From NCBI GenBank assembly GCA_964605655.1, contig CAZSDK010000007.1, forward strand, positions 2,084 through 66,083: DNA of 64,000 bases, given 5' to 3'. The DNA comes from an uncultured Bacteroidales bacterium. Lineage in GTDB: Bacteria; Bacteroidota; Bacteroidia; Bacteroidales; CAIXZF01. How positions within the stretch are numbered: the stretch's first letter is position 1; every line of letters starts with the position of its first letter. This document shows positions 48,088 to 57,671 of this stretch, piece after piece. The notes under the pieces are model-generated. The model made no database searches and was not told the origin of the DNA. It worked only from the letters and a program-made list of their open reading frames with translations. The position numbers and the translations under genes were made by a program.

Positions 48088-49943
48088 TCCTTCAGACTCG
48101 GTCATATCATCGGTTCAGATCTGTTAAATGGCCCCTGTTACTGGCCGGAGTCATGTTCTTTTTCCCTTTGTTACTCAGGGCACAGCAGAGCACAGACGAT
48201 CAGCTGGCCTCCATGTTTATGCAGGATAAGGATTATGAAAAAGCAGCAGGCATCTATGAGCGCCTTTTCGAACAAAAACGCAACTCGTACTATTATAACT
48301 ACCTCATATTCTGCTACCTGGAGCTCAATGACCTAAAAAAAGCAGAAAAACTAGTGCGATCGCAGATGCGGCAGGAACCCAATTCACTCCGTTATGCCGT
48401 CGACCTGGGCTATGTTTATAGCCGTCTTGATGAACCGGAAAAAGCGCAGAAACAATACGATGAGATACTCAAAGATCTTCCTGCGGAGAAGGCGCAAATC
48501 ATAGAGGTGGCCAACGCCTTTCTCTCCAGGAGAGAAACCGACTGGGCTATGAAGGTCTACCAGAAGGGGCGTCAACTGATGGCAGGGAGTTATCCGTTTT
48601 TCATGGAAATGGCTTTCCTTTACCAGTCGGCGGGCAACGTACCTGAAATGATAGAAGAGTATCTGAATTATGTCGATTTTGATGTTACCAAACTTGGGTT
48701 CGTTCAGGACAGGATGCAGGATGCCCTCTCCAATGATATCGACGGGGCTAAAAATGATATATTCCGAAAGGCCTTGCTGAGAAGGATCCAGAAGTATCCT
48801 GAAAGAACCTATTACAGTGAAATGATGATATGGTACTCCCTGCAAAACAGGGAGTTTGACCTGGCCCTCAGCCAGGCTAAATCATTGGATAAAAGGCTTG
48901 GAGAAGATGGCAAAGGAGTGTATGACCTCGCTAAGTTGTGCGTAGCCAACCAGGCTTACGACGTTGCCGAGGAGGCATTCAGATATGTGATCAGCAAGGG
49001 CCCTGAGAACTTCTATTATGCCAACAGCAAGATGGAATTGCTGAATGTCTCTTACATTAAGATTACCAGGAACTTCAAACATACAACCGAAGACATTCTG
49101 CGCCTTGAGAAAGATTATGAGGCCTGCATACTGGATATGGGGAAGACACCCGGGACCATCAACATGAGTGAAAACCTTGCCCACCTTTATGCCTTCTATT
49201 CTTCAAGGGTCGATGATGCGGTGAACCTTCTTCTCGACGGACTGACCACACCCGGATTGACGCCACAACAAATTGCCGGATGTAAACTGGAACTGGGTGA
49301 CATCTATCTCTTTAAAGGGGAAGTCTGGGAAGCTACCTTGTTATATTCCCAGGTGGATAAGACCTTTAAAAACGATCCCCTGGGTCATCAGGCCAAATTT
49401 AAGAACGCAAAACTCTCTTACTATATCGGTGAATTCAACTGGGCCAAGGCTCAGCTCGATGTGCTCAAAGCAGCCACTTCCAAACTCATCGCCAACGATG
49501 CAATGGAACTTTCACTGCTTCTGGGAGACAATTTGAGCGTTGACACCACGGGAGCAGGGTTGAAACTCCTTGCCAGAGCAGAACTGCTGGCATACCGGAA
49601 TCAGGATTCAAAGGCACTTCAGTGCCTCGACAGCATTCAGTTTGTACCGGACGGACTTAGTCTTTATGATGATGTCCTGTACCGCAAGGCTGACATTGCC
49701 ATGAAACACGGAGACTACCTCTTAGCCGACAGCCTGTACGGCAAGATTGTTGAATTTTACCCTGAGGATATTCTTGCTGATAATGCACTGTATCTCAGGG
49801 CTGAACTTAATGAGAACCATCTCTCCAACACCCCCAGGGCCATGGAACTGTACCAGGAACTGATGACCAAATACCCGGGCAGTCTCTTTACCACGGAAGC
49901 CAGAAAAAGGTTCAGACAGCTTCGTGGTGATCAGGTCAATTAA
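48084..49943 (+). CDS. tetratricopeptide-repeat (TPR) protein with N-terminal signal/anchor
   Basis: 619 aa. Hydrophobic N-terminus (WPLLLAGVMFFFPLLLRAQ) and many 34-residue TPR-like units (for example YEKAAGIYERLFEQ, LKKAEKLVRSQM, EKAQKQYDEIL). Confidence 0.8.
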   Translation: MILQTRSYHRFRSVKWPLLLAGVMFFFPLLLRAQQSTDDQLASMFMQDKDYEKAAGIYERLFEQKRNSYYYNYLIFCYLELNDLKKAEKLVRSQMRQEPNSLRYAVDLGYVYSRLDEPEKAQKQYDEILKDLPAEKAQIIEVANAFLSRRETDWAMKVYQKGRQLMAGSYPFFMEMAFLYQSAGNVPEMIEEYLNYVDFDVTKLGFVQDRMQDALSNDIDGAKNDIFRKALLRRIQKYPERTYYSEMMIWYSLQNREFDLALSQAKSLDKRLGEDGKGVYDLAKLCVANQAYDVAEEAFRYVISKGPENFYYANSKMELLNVSYIKITRNFKHTTEDILRLEKDYEACILDMGKTPGTINMSENLAHLYAFYSSRVDDAVNLLLDGLTTPGLTPQQIAGCKLELGDIYLFKGEVWEATLLYSQVDKTFKNDPLGHQAKFKNAKLSYYIGEFNWAKAQLDVLKAATSKLIANDAMELSLLLGDNLSVDTTGAGLKLLARAELLAYRNQDSKALQCLDSIQFVPDGLSLYDDVLYRKADIAMKHGDYLLADSLYGKIVEFYPEDILADNALYLRAELNENHLSNTPRAMELYQELMTKYPGSLFTTEARKRFRQLRGDQVN

Positions 49944-49954
49944 TACAGCCAGTT

Positions 49955-50719
49955 GTGGTCCGTCCCAAAAAACATCTTGGTCAACATTTTCTCACTGATC
50001 ATAATATTGCCCGAAAGATAGCGGGACAGTTATCCTACCGTTATCCTGTGCTGGAGATCGGACCAGGAAAAGGGATCCTGACCCACTATATTCTGGAACA
50101 CCCCTGTTCCCGGTTCTTACTCATGGAGATCGATACGGAGGCCGTTGATTTTCTGAAACATGTCTTCCCTGATCTGAAGGAGTCGGTTGTGGAAGCCGAC
50201 GTCCTGAAATCGGATCTCAGTTCATTGTTCGAGAGTGATTTTTCGGTCATTGGCAACTTTCCCTATAATATTTCCAGTCAGATCTTTTTCAGGATTCTGG
50301 AGTACCCTCATCAGGTGAAAGAAGTGGTCTGCATGCTCCAGAAAGAGGTGGCCCAGCGGATTGCTTCAATCCCGGGCACCAAAGAATATGGGATCCTCAG
50401 TGTGCTACTTCAGACCTTCTATACCGTTGAATACCTTTTCCAGGTTAATGAGACGGTTTTCTTTCCCCGGCCTAAGGTGAAATCGGCAGTTATCAGGCTT
50501 ATCAGAAATGACAGAAAGGTGCTTCCTGTGGCTGAGACTTTTTTCTTTCACCTTGTAAAAACTGCCTTTAACCAGAGGCGTAAAACCTTGCGCAACGCAT
50601 TAAAGAGTATTCTACCTGACAATCATACTGTTCCTGAAAGGTTCCTGGAGAAAAGGGCGGAACAGCTCAGCGTGGAGGATTTCATCGAGATTGCTGCCTT
50701 CTCAGGGACTCAATTATAA
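49955..50719 (+). CDS. rsmA: 16S rRNA (adenine1518/1519-N6)-dimethyltransferase
   Basis: 254 aa with a GTG start. LGQHFL motif, SAM site EIGPGKG and NFPYNISS. The last codons overlap a REP-like half-site. Confidence 0.93.
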   Translation: MVRPKKHLGQHFLTDHNIARKIAGQLSYRYPVLEIGPGKGILTHYILEHPCSRFLLMEIDTEAVDFLKHVFPDLKESVVEADVLKSDLSSLFESDFSVIGNFPYNISSQIFFRILEYPHQVKEVVCMLQKEVAQRIASIPGTKEYGILSVLLQTFYTVEYLFQVNETVFFPRPKVKSAVIRLIRNDRKVLPVAETFFFHLVKTAFNQRRKTLRNALKSILPDNHTVPERFLEKRAEQLSVEDFIEIAAFSGTQL

Positions 50720-50753
50720 AGGGACTCAATCCCGCTCACGGGATGGAGTCCCT
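50720..50753. repeat. REP hairpin 1
   Basis: AGGGACTCAATCCCG-CTCA-CGGGATGGAGTCCCT, a 14-bp stem with one mismatch, immediately after the rsmA stop. Confidence 0.85.
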
Positions 50754-50843
50754 GAATTTTCAGGCAAAGAAAGATTCTTCTTGAAGGGACTCAATCCTCC
50801 TCAAAGAGAGAAGACCATGGTTTTTAGACTGAGACAGATTAGT

Positions 50844-50877
50844 AGGGACTCCATCCCGTGAGCGGGATTGAGTCCCT
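50844..50877. repeat. REP hairpin 2
   Basis: AGGGACTCCATCCCG-TGAG-CGGGATTGAGTCCCT, in inverted orientation relative to hairpin 1. Confidence 0.85.
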
Positions 50878-50878
50878 A

Positions 50879-51030
50879 TTAATCTTCGAGACAAAGAGAT
50901 TTTGCCATCTCTTCTTGCCTCAAAAACATATGATAATCAACAAATTCACCAATCCCACCAAACCAATCCATCATCTCCTCTCTGTTAAAAATCGTATTTC
51001 CTGATTCGATTAAAATTTGATAAATGCTTC
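50879..51030 (-). pseudogene. duplicated 3' fragment of the RAYT gene (last ~49 codons)
   Basis: 50879-50990 is nearly identical to 51119-51230. The minus strand translates as SIYQILIESGNTIFNREEMMDWFGGIGEFVDYHMFLRQEEMAKSLCLED-stop, against the intact SSYTILTGSGNTILNREEVMDWFGG.... An upstream in-frame TGA follows and similarity is lost beyond about 51030. Confidence 0.8.
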
Positions 51031-51083
51031 ATTTATGGTAAGCAGAATATTCAACCATCTCATCTCTCAGGATTGACCTTAAA

Positions 51084-51117
51084 AGGGACTCCATCCCGTG
51101 AGCGGTATTGAGTCCCT
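51084..51117. repeat. REP hairpin 3
   Basis: AGGGACTCCATCCCG-TGAG-CGGTATTGAGTCCCT, ending 1 nt before the RAYT stop codon. Confidence 0.85.
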
Positions 51118-51118
51118 A

Positions 51119-51700
51119 TTAATCTTCGAGACAAAGAGATTTTGCCATCTCTTCTTGCCTCAAAAACATATGATAATCAACAAATTCACCAATCCCACCA
51201 AACCAATCCATCACCTCTTCTCTGTTAAGAATCGTATTCCCTGATCCGGTCAAAATTGTATAACTACTGTATTTGTAGCGGACAAAATTTGCAACAATCA
51301 TGTGTTTCTCTGGGTTGTGATGTATATAGTACACCAGCCTTTTCAGGTAGTCCATGTTGTTTATCTCGACCCTTTTAAAATATCTCAAAAACAAGCTACC
51401 TCTTTGACCTCGTTGCCAGTTGATTTTATTGGTAAAACTTAATAGAACCTTCCTGAATTCATTGCTTGCATCATGAGGATGCCTGTCAGTATCCTTGACC
51501 CTCATTAAAAGGTGGTAATGATTGGGGAGCAGACAAAATGCGTAAATATCAACACTATCAAGCATAAACTCTGCAAATATTTCAAGGAAAAGCAGGTAGT
51601 CGCCATCGTTGTAAAAAACCTTCTGACCAAGATTCCCCTGATTATAAATGTGATAATACTTTCCTGGTTCGAGGGGTGTCTTGACTTTCTTTGAAGGCAT
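51119..51700 (-). CDS. REP-associated tyrosine transposase (RAYT; IS200-like Y1 HUH family)
   Basis: 193 aa. HUH motif in LLPNHYHLLMRV and a catalytic-Tyr region VYYIHHNPEKH. Flanked on both sides by the same palindromic repeat. Confidence 0.85.
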   Translation of the reverse strand: MPSKKVKTPLEPGKYYHIYNQGNLGQKVFYNDGDYLLFLEIFAEFMLDSVDIYAFCLLPNHYHLLMRVKDTDRHPHDASNEFRKVLLSFTNKINWQRGQRGSLFLRYFKRVEINNMDYLKRLVYYIHHNPEKHMIVANFVRYKYSSYTILTGSGNTILNREEVMDWFGGIGEFVDYHMFLRQEEMAKSLCLED

Positions 51701-51740
51701 AGTATCAAAAACAATTCATTAACAAAAACATGTTATCCTC

Positions 51741-51774
51741 AGGGACTCCATCCCGTGAGCGGGATGGAGTCCCT
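51741..51774. repeat. REP hairpin 4 (perfect palindrome)
   Basis: AGGGACTCCATCCCG-TGAG-CGGGATGGAGTCCCT. It lies 13 nt beyond the stop of the convergent... more precisely the co-oriented upstream 1084-aa minus-strand gene, so it could also act as that gene's terminator hairpin. Confidence 0.85.
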
Positions 51775-51787
51775 GGGGATAGCAGCC

Positions 51788-54700
51788 CTATTTTTTCCAA
51801 TCCGGTAACCTCCCCGGGGTCCAGGGAACAGCAGCCTTGTCGAGGGCAGTCTCCAGATCCCTGATGGTAACATCACGGATCTTTTCGACCGATGACCTGA
51901 CTCTTCCATACTCATCAGCAATGACAGAGTAAGCATCCCTCATGGTCTGGGTAGGTGAAGAACTGATACTCCAGAGACTCCAGGTCAGGTCATTGATCCG
52001 GTCCATCAGAGCCGGAGGCTGTACCTGGTTTCGTGACGACAAGGTGGGATCCCCTTCCATCTGAAAAACAATAGCATTCAGCTGCTGATGCAGCTCCCTG
52101 GCCTTCATCTGTAACTCTGGAGGTGCGTTAATCGCATAATTCAGAGCCTCCCTCATGGCCTTCACCTTTTCTTTCATCAAATTCACCTCCCGGTTGGTCC
52201 CATAAACAACCCTGCCCAACTCGGAAACCTTTTGCTGAAAAGCAACGAGCGCCTGGCGATCGGTGGAGGGAAGGGTGGAATTATTGAGCAGGACCGTATT
52301 GAACGCAGCGGCCACGCCCAGATCTGTCTCCACACCATCGACCACTTTTGATAAACTAACCGTATACTTTCCCGGTAAGGCATAATAACCTGACTTTCCG
52401 TTATCGAATGGCAGGTTCCCTGAAGAAACGGGGAAGGTGGAAGCATATCTGAAATCCCAGGTGATACGATTCACACCTTCGGTGGCAGGAGCTTTCAATT
52501 TCCTCACCAACTGTCGTTGGGCATCCCTGATCGTAAAAAGCAGATAAGGAGCTTCCTCCCGGTCCTCGGCTCTGAGCTGATCCCAACCCGGATAGGCCAG
52601 GGTCTCTCCCTTTTTATCCATATCCTTTTCCTTTTTCTGACGCTCCTTCTTCAAGGTAGGAATGCTCTCCCTGAAATAATAGGTAAACGTAGCCCCTGCC
52701 GGCGGATTCGGTGCAGCATAGTAGGTCTCGCCCTGGGAATACTTACCGCCTGCTGGGTGAAACATCAGGGCATCTTTTACAGGAAATAGGGCAGCCTCCG
52801 CTTTCAACACACTGTCTGAAAGGTGCCTGAGAGGCGAATAATCATCCAAGATATAAAAGCCCCTCCCAAAAGTTGCCAATACCAGGTCATTCTCTCTCTT
52901 CTGGATGGTCATGTCTTTTATGGCATTGACGGGCAGTCCGGATTTCATGGGAATCCAGTGTTTCCCGCCATTGAGAGTGGTGTATGCACCAAATTCTGAA
53001 CCGAGAAACAACAGATCCGGTTTCACGTGGTCTTCAGCAAAAGCATACAGTGGTCCTCTTTCCGGCAGATCGGAAGAAACGGATTTCCAGGTCTTGCCTC
53101 TGTCGGTGCTCTTCAACGCATAGGGCTTAAAATCAGCATTCTTATGGTTGTCGAAAAGGGCATACACGGTATTCGGATCATTCTGGGAAGCAAAGAGACA
53201 ACTTATATAGGTCATCTCCGGTATGCCTGGGAATTTCTCTGTCCTTCTCCAGTTTTTTCCACCATCTTCTGTAACCTGGACCAGTCCGTCGTCGGTACCC
53301 ACATAAAGCAGACCTTCCACCAGGGGTGACTCGGAAAGTGAAACGATATTGCCGTAAAAAGAAGTCGATGCATTTTTGGCCACGGCATCTACACTCTGGA
53401 TCTTTCCCATTACCGGCAGGGTATTTCTGTCGATCTGACGGGTGAGATCCGGACTGATGACTTCCCAGGAATTGCCACGGTCCTCGCTTTTGAACAGGAC
53501 ATTGGCCGCAAAATACAGGCGGATATGGTTGTGAGGGCTGATGAGCAGGGGTGAATCCCAATTCCAGCGGTAGGAAACCCCACTGGGAGGTACCGGCTGT
53601 ATTGGGAGTTCCTCTCCGTTTTTGCGATCATACCTGACCAGGTCGCCATGTTGTGCCTGGGCATACACAATATCAGGATCTTCAGGATCAACCTGAGTCT
53701 CAAAGCCATCACCACCATGGGTGACGGTCCAGTCATCGTTGATAATTCCAATGGCACTAAGGGTCCTTGAAGGGCCGAACATACTGTTATTGTCCTGGGT
53801 ACCACCATAGACGTTATAAAAGGGCAGATCGTTGTCGACAGATACCCGGTAGAATTGCGTCACAGGCAGGTTGGGTTTGAACTGCCAGTTTTCGCTGGCA
53901 TCCCAGGTCTCATAGATACCCCCGTCGCCACCAATCATCAGGTGGCGTGTATTCCGGGGATCGATCCACAGCGCATGGTCATCCACATGGCGGTGGCTGA
54001 GACCAAGATTTTTCCATGTCCTTCCTCCATCAGTCGTCACTTTGCTGTATGTGTCCATGGAATACACCTTATTTTCGTCGGCCGGGTCACAGTAGATCCG
54101 GTTGTAATATTGGGGGCTGACCGTTACAAGTTTGCTTTGTTTTTCCCAGGTCATACCCCTGTTCACCGATCTGAAAAAACCACCTTGATCAGCCTGAGCC
54201 TCAACAATGGCGTACAATATATCAGGATTCACCGGGGAGATGGCAAGACCGATACGTCCCATTTCCCCTTCCGGCAGGCCTTTGTTGATCTTATTCCAGG
54301 AGGTGCCTCCGTCGTTAGATTTATAAATACCACATTCAGGGCCACCGTCGATAAGGGTATAGACATGGCGCCGGCGCTGATAGGCCGATGCATACATTAC
54401 ATCCGGGTTCCTGGGGTCCATGACCACGTCGGAGACACCGGTATTATCGCTGATGGTAAGGACCGCTTTCCAGGTTTTGCCCCCGTCGGTGGTTTTGTAC
54501 AAACCTCTTTCGCCTCCGGGACCCCACAACGGTCCCTGAGCCGCGACATAAACGACATTGGAGTTGCGGGGATCGACCAGGATCCTGCCGATGTGTTCCG
54601 ATTGCTTCAACCCCATATTGGTGAATGTTTGCCCACCGTCTTCCGACTTATAGACTCCATCACCAAAACCCACCGAGCGCTGACTATTGTATTCTCCGGT

Positions 54701-55042
54701 GCCCACCCACACCAGCTGGTGGTTGTTGGGATCCATCACCACCGGTCCAATGGAATAGGACCCATAACGATCGAACACAGGTGAGAAGGAGGTGCCGCTG
54801 TTCGTTGTTTTCCATACGTTACCGCAAGCCACTCCCACGTAATACTCTGACGGGTCAGCAGGATTGACAGCAAAATCGGAGATTCTACCTGAACTGAATG
54901 CTGGTCCGATAAGACGGAATGAGAGTCCTGAGATCGTTGAAGAAGACAGAGAATCAAGGTTTTTCTTTCCTTCACCCCTGGCATTACTGCCATGAAAGAA
55001 AGAGATGAGGAATAATACAAGACATAACTTTCTCATATTCAA
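51788..55042 (-). CDS. large secreted BNR/Asp-box repeat protein (sortilin/Vps10-like twin beta-propeller family, often annotated as glycosyl hydrolase)
   Basis: 1084 aa with a signal peptide. Many Asp-box motifs SxDxGxTW: SEDGGQTF, TTDGGKTWK, SNDGGTSWN, TTDGGRTWK, SEDRGNSWE, TEDGGKNWR, STDRGKTWK. Confidence 0.85.
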   Translation of the reverse strand: MNMRKLCLVLFLISFFHGSNARGEGKKNLDSLSSSTISGLSFRLIGPAFSSGRISDFAVNPADPSEYYVGVACGNVWKTTNSGTSFSPVFDRYGSYSIGPVVMDPNNHQLVWVGTGEYNSQRSVGFGDGVYKSEDGGQTFTNMGLKQSEHIGRILVDPRNSNVVYVAAQGPLWGPGGERGLYKTTDGGKTWKAVLTISDNTGVSDVVMDPRNPDVMYASAYQRRRHVYTLIDGGPECGIYKSNDGGTSWNKINKGLPEGEMGRIGLAISPVNPDILYAIVEAQADQGGFFRSVNRGMTWEKQSKLVTVSPQYYNRIYCDPADENKVYSMDTYSKVTTDGGRTWKNLGLSHRHVDDHALWIDPRNTRHLMIGGDGGIYETWDASENWQFKPNLPVTQFYRVSVDNDLPFYNVYGGTQDNNSMFGPSRTLSAIGIINDDWTVTHGGDGFETQVDPEDPDIVYAQAQHGDLVRYDRKNGEELPIQPVPPSGVSYRWNWDSPLLISPHNHIRLYFAANVLFKSEDRGNSWEVISPDLTRQIDRNTLPVMGKIQSVDAVAKNASTSFYGNIVSLSESPLVEGLLYVGTDDGLVQVTEDGGKNWRRTEKFPGIPEMTYISCLFASQNDPNTVYALFDNHKNADFKPYALKSTDRGKTWKSVSSDLPERGPLYAFAEDHVKPDLLFLGSEFGAYTTLNGGKHWIPMKSGLPVNAIKDMTIQKRENDLVLATFGRGFYILDDYSPLRHLSDSVLKAEAALFPVKDALMFHPAGGKYSQGETYYAAPNPPAGATFTYYFRESIPTLKKERQKKEKDMDKKGETLAYPGWDQLRAEDREEAPYLLFTIRDAQRQLVRKLKAPATEGVNRITWDFRYASTFPVSSGNLPFDNGKSGYYALPGKYTVSLSKVVDGVETDLGVAAAFNTVLLNNSTLPSTDRQALVAFQQKVSELGRVVYGTNREVNLMKEKVKAMREALNYAINAPPELQMKARELHQQLNAIVFQMEGDPTLSSRNQVQPPALMDRINDLTWSLWSISSSPTQTMRDAYSVIADEYGRVRSSVEKIRDVTIRDLETALDKAAVPWTPGRLPDWKK

Positions 55043-55237
55043 TTATTTTTTGAAATTAATAAGAAACAGTACCACTGAGAACCTCATCAACCTTATCAAT
55101 GCATGATCAAAGCGCCTGATTCATTCAGGGACATAAGGTAAAATTAGATAAAAGAAGGGAAACCCTGCATTGACAGCAAGAAAATCCAAAGGTCAGCCAA
55201 CCTGACCATGATAAGAAGAAGGAATTTATAAGTTGGG

Positions 55238-55783
55238 CTAAAAAGGGTTGAAGGATGCATTCACATCCCCCACGCATAATCCCCTGATATTCTGGACTAC
55301 CGGCTGGTCATTCGACTCAAGGGTGAATTCCTCAAAAACCCAGTCACCTGAAGGGAAGGTTGAAATCATACCCACAAAACGTTTTGCAATCATGAGGGCA
55401 TCCACAGGGTTGACGTAACTATTATTGTCAACATAAGCTGCTTTAAGCCTCAGACCAGTTAAAAGAGGTGGCATCCCCACAAAATGTCTCAGAATCAGCA
55501 AAGCATCCGTATTACCTCCCCCACCCCATGCTTTGTTGCATAACGTCACTTTCAACAGGTAGGTACCAGGATTCAGGTTCTCAAACAGATAATTACCCTG
55601 GCTGTCCGTATTCGCGACAGCAACAGGATTCCCATCGAGAAAGAGCGTCAGCTGGCAGCTGTCGATCCGGGCTGTAAAATTGGTCTTGTCATACATCACT
55701 TTTCCGCTGATGGACCCTGTTTGTGCCATATTTTGCGACGAAAGTAAAAAAACAGAAATACAGAGTAGAACAATGTTTTTCAT
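55238..55783 (-). CDS. small secreted protein: carboxypeptidase-regulatory-like Ig fold plus a dockerin-like C-terminal half
   Basis: 181 aa with signal peptide MKNIVLLCISVFLLSSQNMAQ. GSISGKV...DSQGNYLFENLNPGTYLLKV is typical of CarboxypepD_reg-like domains. Two helix segments, NTDALLILRHFVG and VNPVDALMIAKRFVG, resemble dockerin repeats. Confidence 0.6.
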   Translation of the reverse strand: MKNIVLLCISVFLLSSQNMAQTGSISGKVMYDKTNFTARIDSCQLTLFLDGNPVAVANTDSQGNYLFENLNPGTYLLKVTLCNKAWGGGGNTDALLILRHFVGMPPLLTGLRLKAAYVDNNSYVNPVDALMIAKRFVGMISTFPSGDWVFEEFTLESNDQPVVQNIRGLCVGDVNASFNPF

Positions 55784-55861
55784 AAAAATGGGATTAGGAT
55801 GGTTTACCGATTTGCGTGAGTAAAAGTGAATACAATGGTTGGAACCGGTGAAATTACGGAT

Positions 55862-57667
55862 TTATCTCTTCTTTTTCACGCTTCCAGGAATTATTCTTGT
55901 TTTCCTGCCCGGGGATGAGATCCCTTTATCCCAGAAAAAACAGTTCTTCTGTTGGTCCTTCTCCGCACGGCTTCTGGCCACATAAATAGTTTTACCGGTA
56001 TAAGGATCCATTCCGGTATAGAACATGACGGAGGAAAGGGTCATGGGTGTCGGGGTCAGGTCCTGCACCTGTTCGAGGTGAAGGCCCAGACTCCTGGCTT
56101 CCCTGGCAAGGTCCTGCATATCCTGAAGCGTGCACCCGGGATGACTGGAGATAAAATATGGAATCAGCTGCTGTCTTAATCCGAACTTCTGGTTGAGTTT
56201 TTCAAATGATCTTTTCAGCTCGTGATATAGTGAGAAAGAAGGTTTCCTCATGATTTTCAACACCTTATCAGAAGTGTGTTCCGGTGCCACCTTCAGGCGG
56301 CCACTGACATGAAACCTGACCAGACGTTCAAAATACGCCTCATGAGATCCCTTCTTCCGTTGATCTTCTCTTCCGAAAAACAGGTCGTACCTGACACCAC
56401 TTCCGATAAATATTTTTTTCACTCCTTTCCTGGCGGATGCCAGCTCGTACAATCGGAGCAGATCCGTATGGTCTGTGCTGAGGTTGTGGCAGATGGAAGG
56501 GAAGATACAGGATGGTCTTTTGCATTTGATACACAGATCTTGCCTGATCCCTTTCATACGGTACATATTGGCGGAAGGGCCTCCAAGATCTGATATATAT
56601 CCTTTAAAATCAGGCATCTGTGTGATATCATCCACTTCTTTTAGCACAGATACCTCCGACCTGCTGCTGACAAATTTACCCTGATGGGCAGAGATGGTAC
56701 AGAAGGAACAACCACCGAAACATCCCCTGTGGATGTTGACGGAGTGCCTGATCATTTCATAGGCAGGGATTTTCCCTCTTTTCAGGTATCTGGGATGAGG
56801 AAGCCGGGTAAAAGCCAAATCATAAAAAGAATCCAGGATGGACTCCTCCACAGGGGGAAAAGGCGGATTTACCACGATCCAAGATGCTCCGGTCTTCTCA
56901 GCAAGCCATTTGGGGTACATCCTGTTGGATTCGGTTTCTATCAGACAAAAGGCCTTCCCGAAAGTCTTGATGTCTTTTACACATTCCTCATGAGAGGGAA
57001 GTTGGATCATGTTGTTTCCCGACAAGGGCAGTTCTGTTGACAACCAGGCCACCTGAGTTAGAGTATGTTTCTCAACGATACCTTCTTTGGTGTCCAGTCG
57101 TCTGGTCAGTTCTACCACAGGCTGCTCTCCCATACCATAAATAAGGTAATCGGCTCCGCTGGAGATGAGGATACCTGGTCGAAGGCTGTCGTACCAATAG
57201 TCATAATGGGTGAGGCGGCGGAGAGAGGCTTCTATCCCTCCTAACACCACAGGGACATCAGGGAAACACTTTTTTAAAGCCTTGGTGTACACGATGGTAG
57301 GATAATCCGGTCTGAAACCGGAAACACCGCCCGGAGTATAGGCATCATCCGACCTCAGTCTCCTGGTAGCAGTGTAATGGTTCACCATGGAGTCCATATT
57401 CCCGGCCGTGACTCCGAAATAAAGCCTGGGCCTTCCCAGTTTCTTAAAATCACGTAAGTCGTCCCTCCAGTTAGGCTGAGGCACAATAGCCACTTTATAA
57501 CCCTGATGTTCAAGAACACGGCCGATCATCGCGGTACCAAAAGAAGGATGATCTACATAAGCATCTCCCGTGAACAGGATGACATCGGCCTGGTCCCATC
57601 CCAGACGATCCATCTCTTCCCTGGTGGTAGGTAAAAAACGGTCTGTTTTGGGATAAGGCAGGGTCAT
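55862..57667 (-). CDS. ygiQ: YgiQ-family radical SAM protein (UPF0313)
   Basis: 601 aa. N-terminal LPTTREEMDRLGWDQADVILFTGDAYVDHPSFG is typical of the family. Radical SAM cluster motif in GCFGGCSFCTI. Confidence 0.88.
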   Translation of the reverse strand: MTLPYPKTDRFLPTTREEMDRLGWDQADVILFTGDAYVDHPSFGTAMIGRVLEHQGYKVAIVPQPNWRDDLRDFKKLGRPRLYFGVTAGNMDSMVNHYTATRRLRSDDAYTPGGVSGFRPDYPTIVYTKALKKCFPDVPVVLGGIEASLRRLTHYDYWYDSLRPGILISSGADYLIYGMGEQPVVELTRRLDTKEGIVEKHTLTQVAWLSTELPLSGNNMIQLPSHEECVKDIKTFGKAFCLIETESNRMYPKWLAEKTGASWIVVNPPFPPVEESILDSFYDLAFTRLPHPRYLKRGKIPAYEMIRHSVNIHRGCFGGCSFCTISAHQGKFVSSRSEVSVLKEVDDITQMPDFKGYISDLGGPSANMYRMKGIRQDLCIKCKRPSCIFPSICHNLSTDHTDLLRLYELASARKGVKKIFIGSGVRYDLFFGREDQRKKGSHEAYFERLVRFHVSGRLKVAPEHTSDKVLKIMRKPSFSLYHELKRSFEKLNQKFGLRQQLIPYFISSHPGCTLQDMQDLAREARSLGLHLEQVQDLTPTPMTLSSVMFYTGMDPYTGKTIYVARSRAEKDQQKNCFFWDKGISSPGRKTRIIPGSVKKKR

Positions 57668-57671
57668 AGCT

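Larger units (their letters stand above)
50704..51774. mobile_element. REP/RAYT locus: four 34-nt palindromic REP hairpins, extra half-sites, one intact RAYT gene and one duplicated 3' gene fragment
   Basis: See the individual repeat and CDS entries. The consensus arm is AGGGACTCCATCCCG. The intact Y1 (HUH) transposase gene is bracketed by hairpins at 51084-51117 and 51741-51774. Confidence 0.8.

Noticed and set aside
50720-51774. Possible CRISPR array, since 34-nt repeats recur four times.
   Set aside because: The repeats are full palindromes in mixed orientations with irregular spacing (90, 206 and 623 nt). One spacer is a transposase-like gene and no cas genes are present. The pattern fits REP/RAYT rather than CRISPR.
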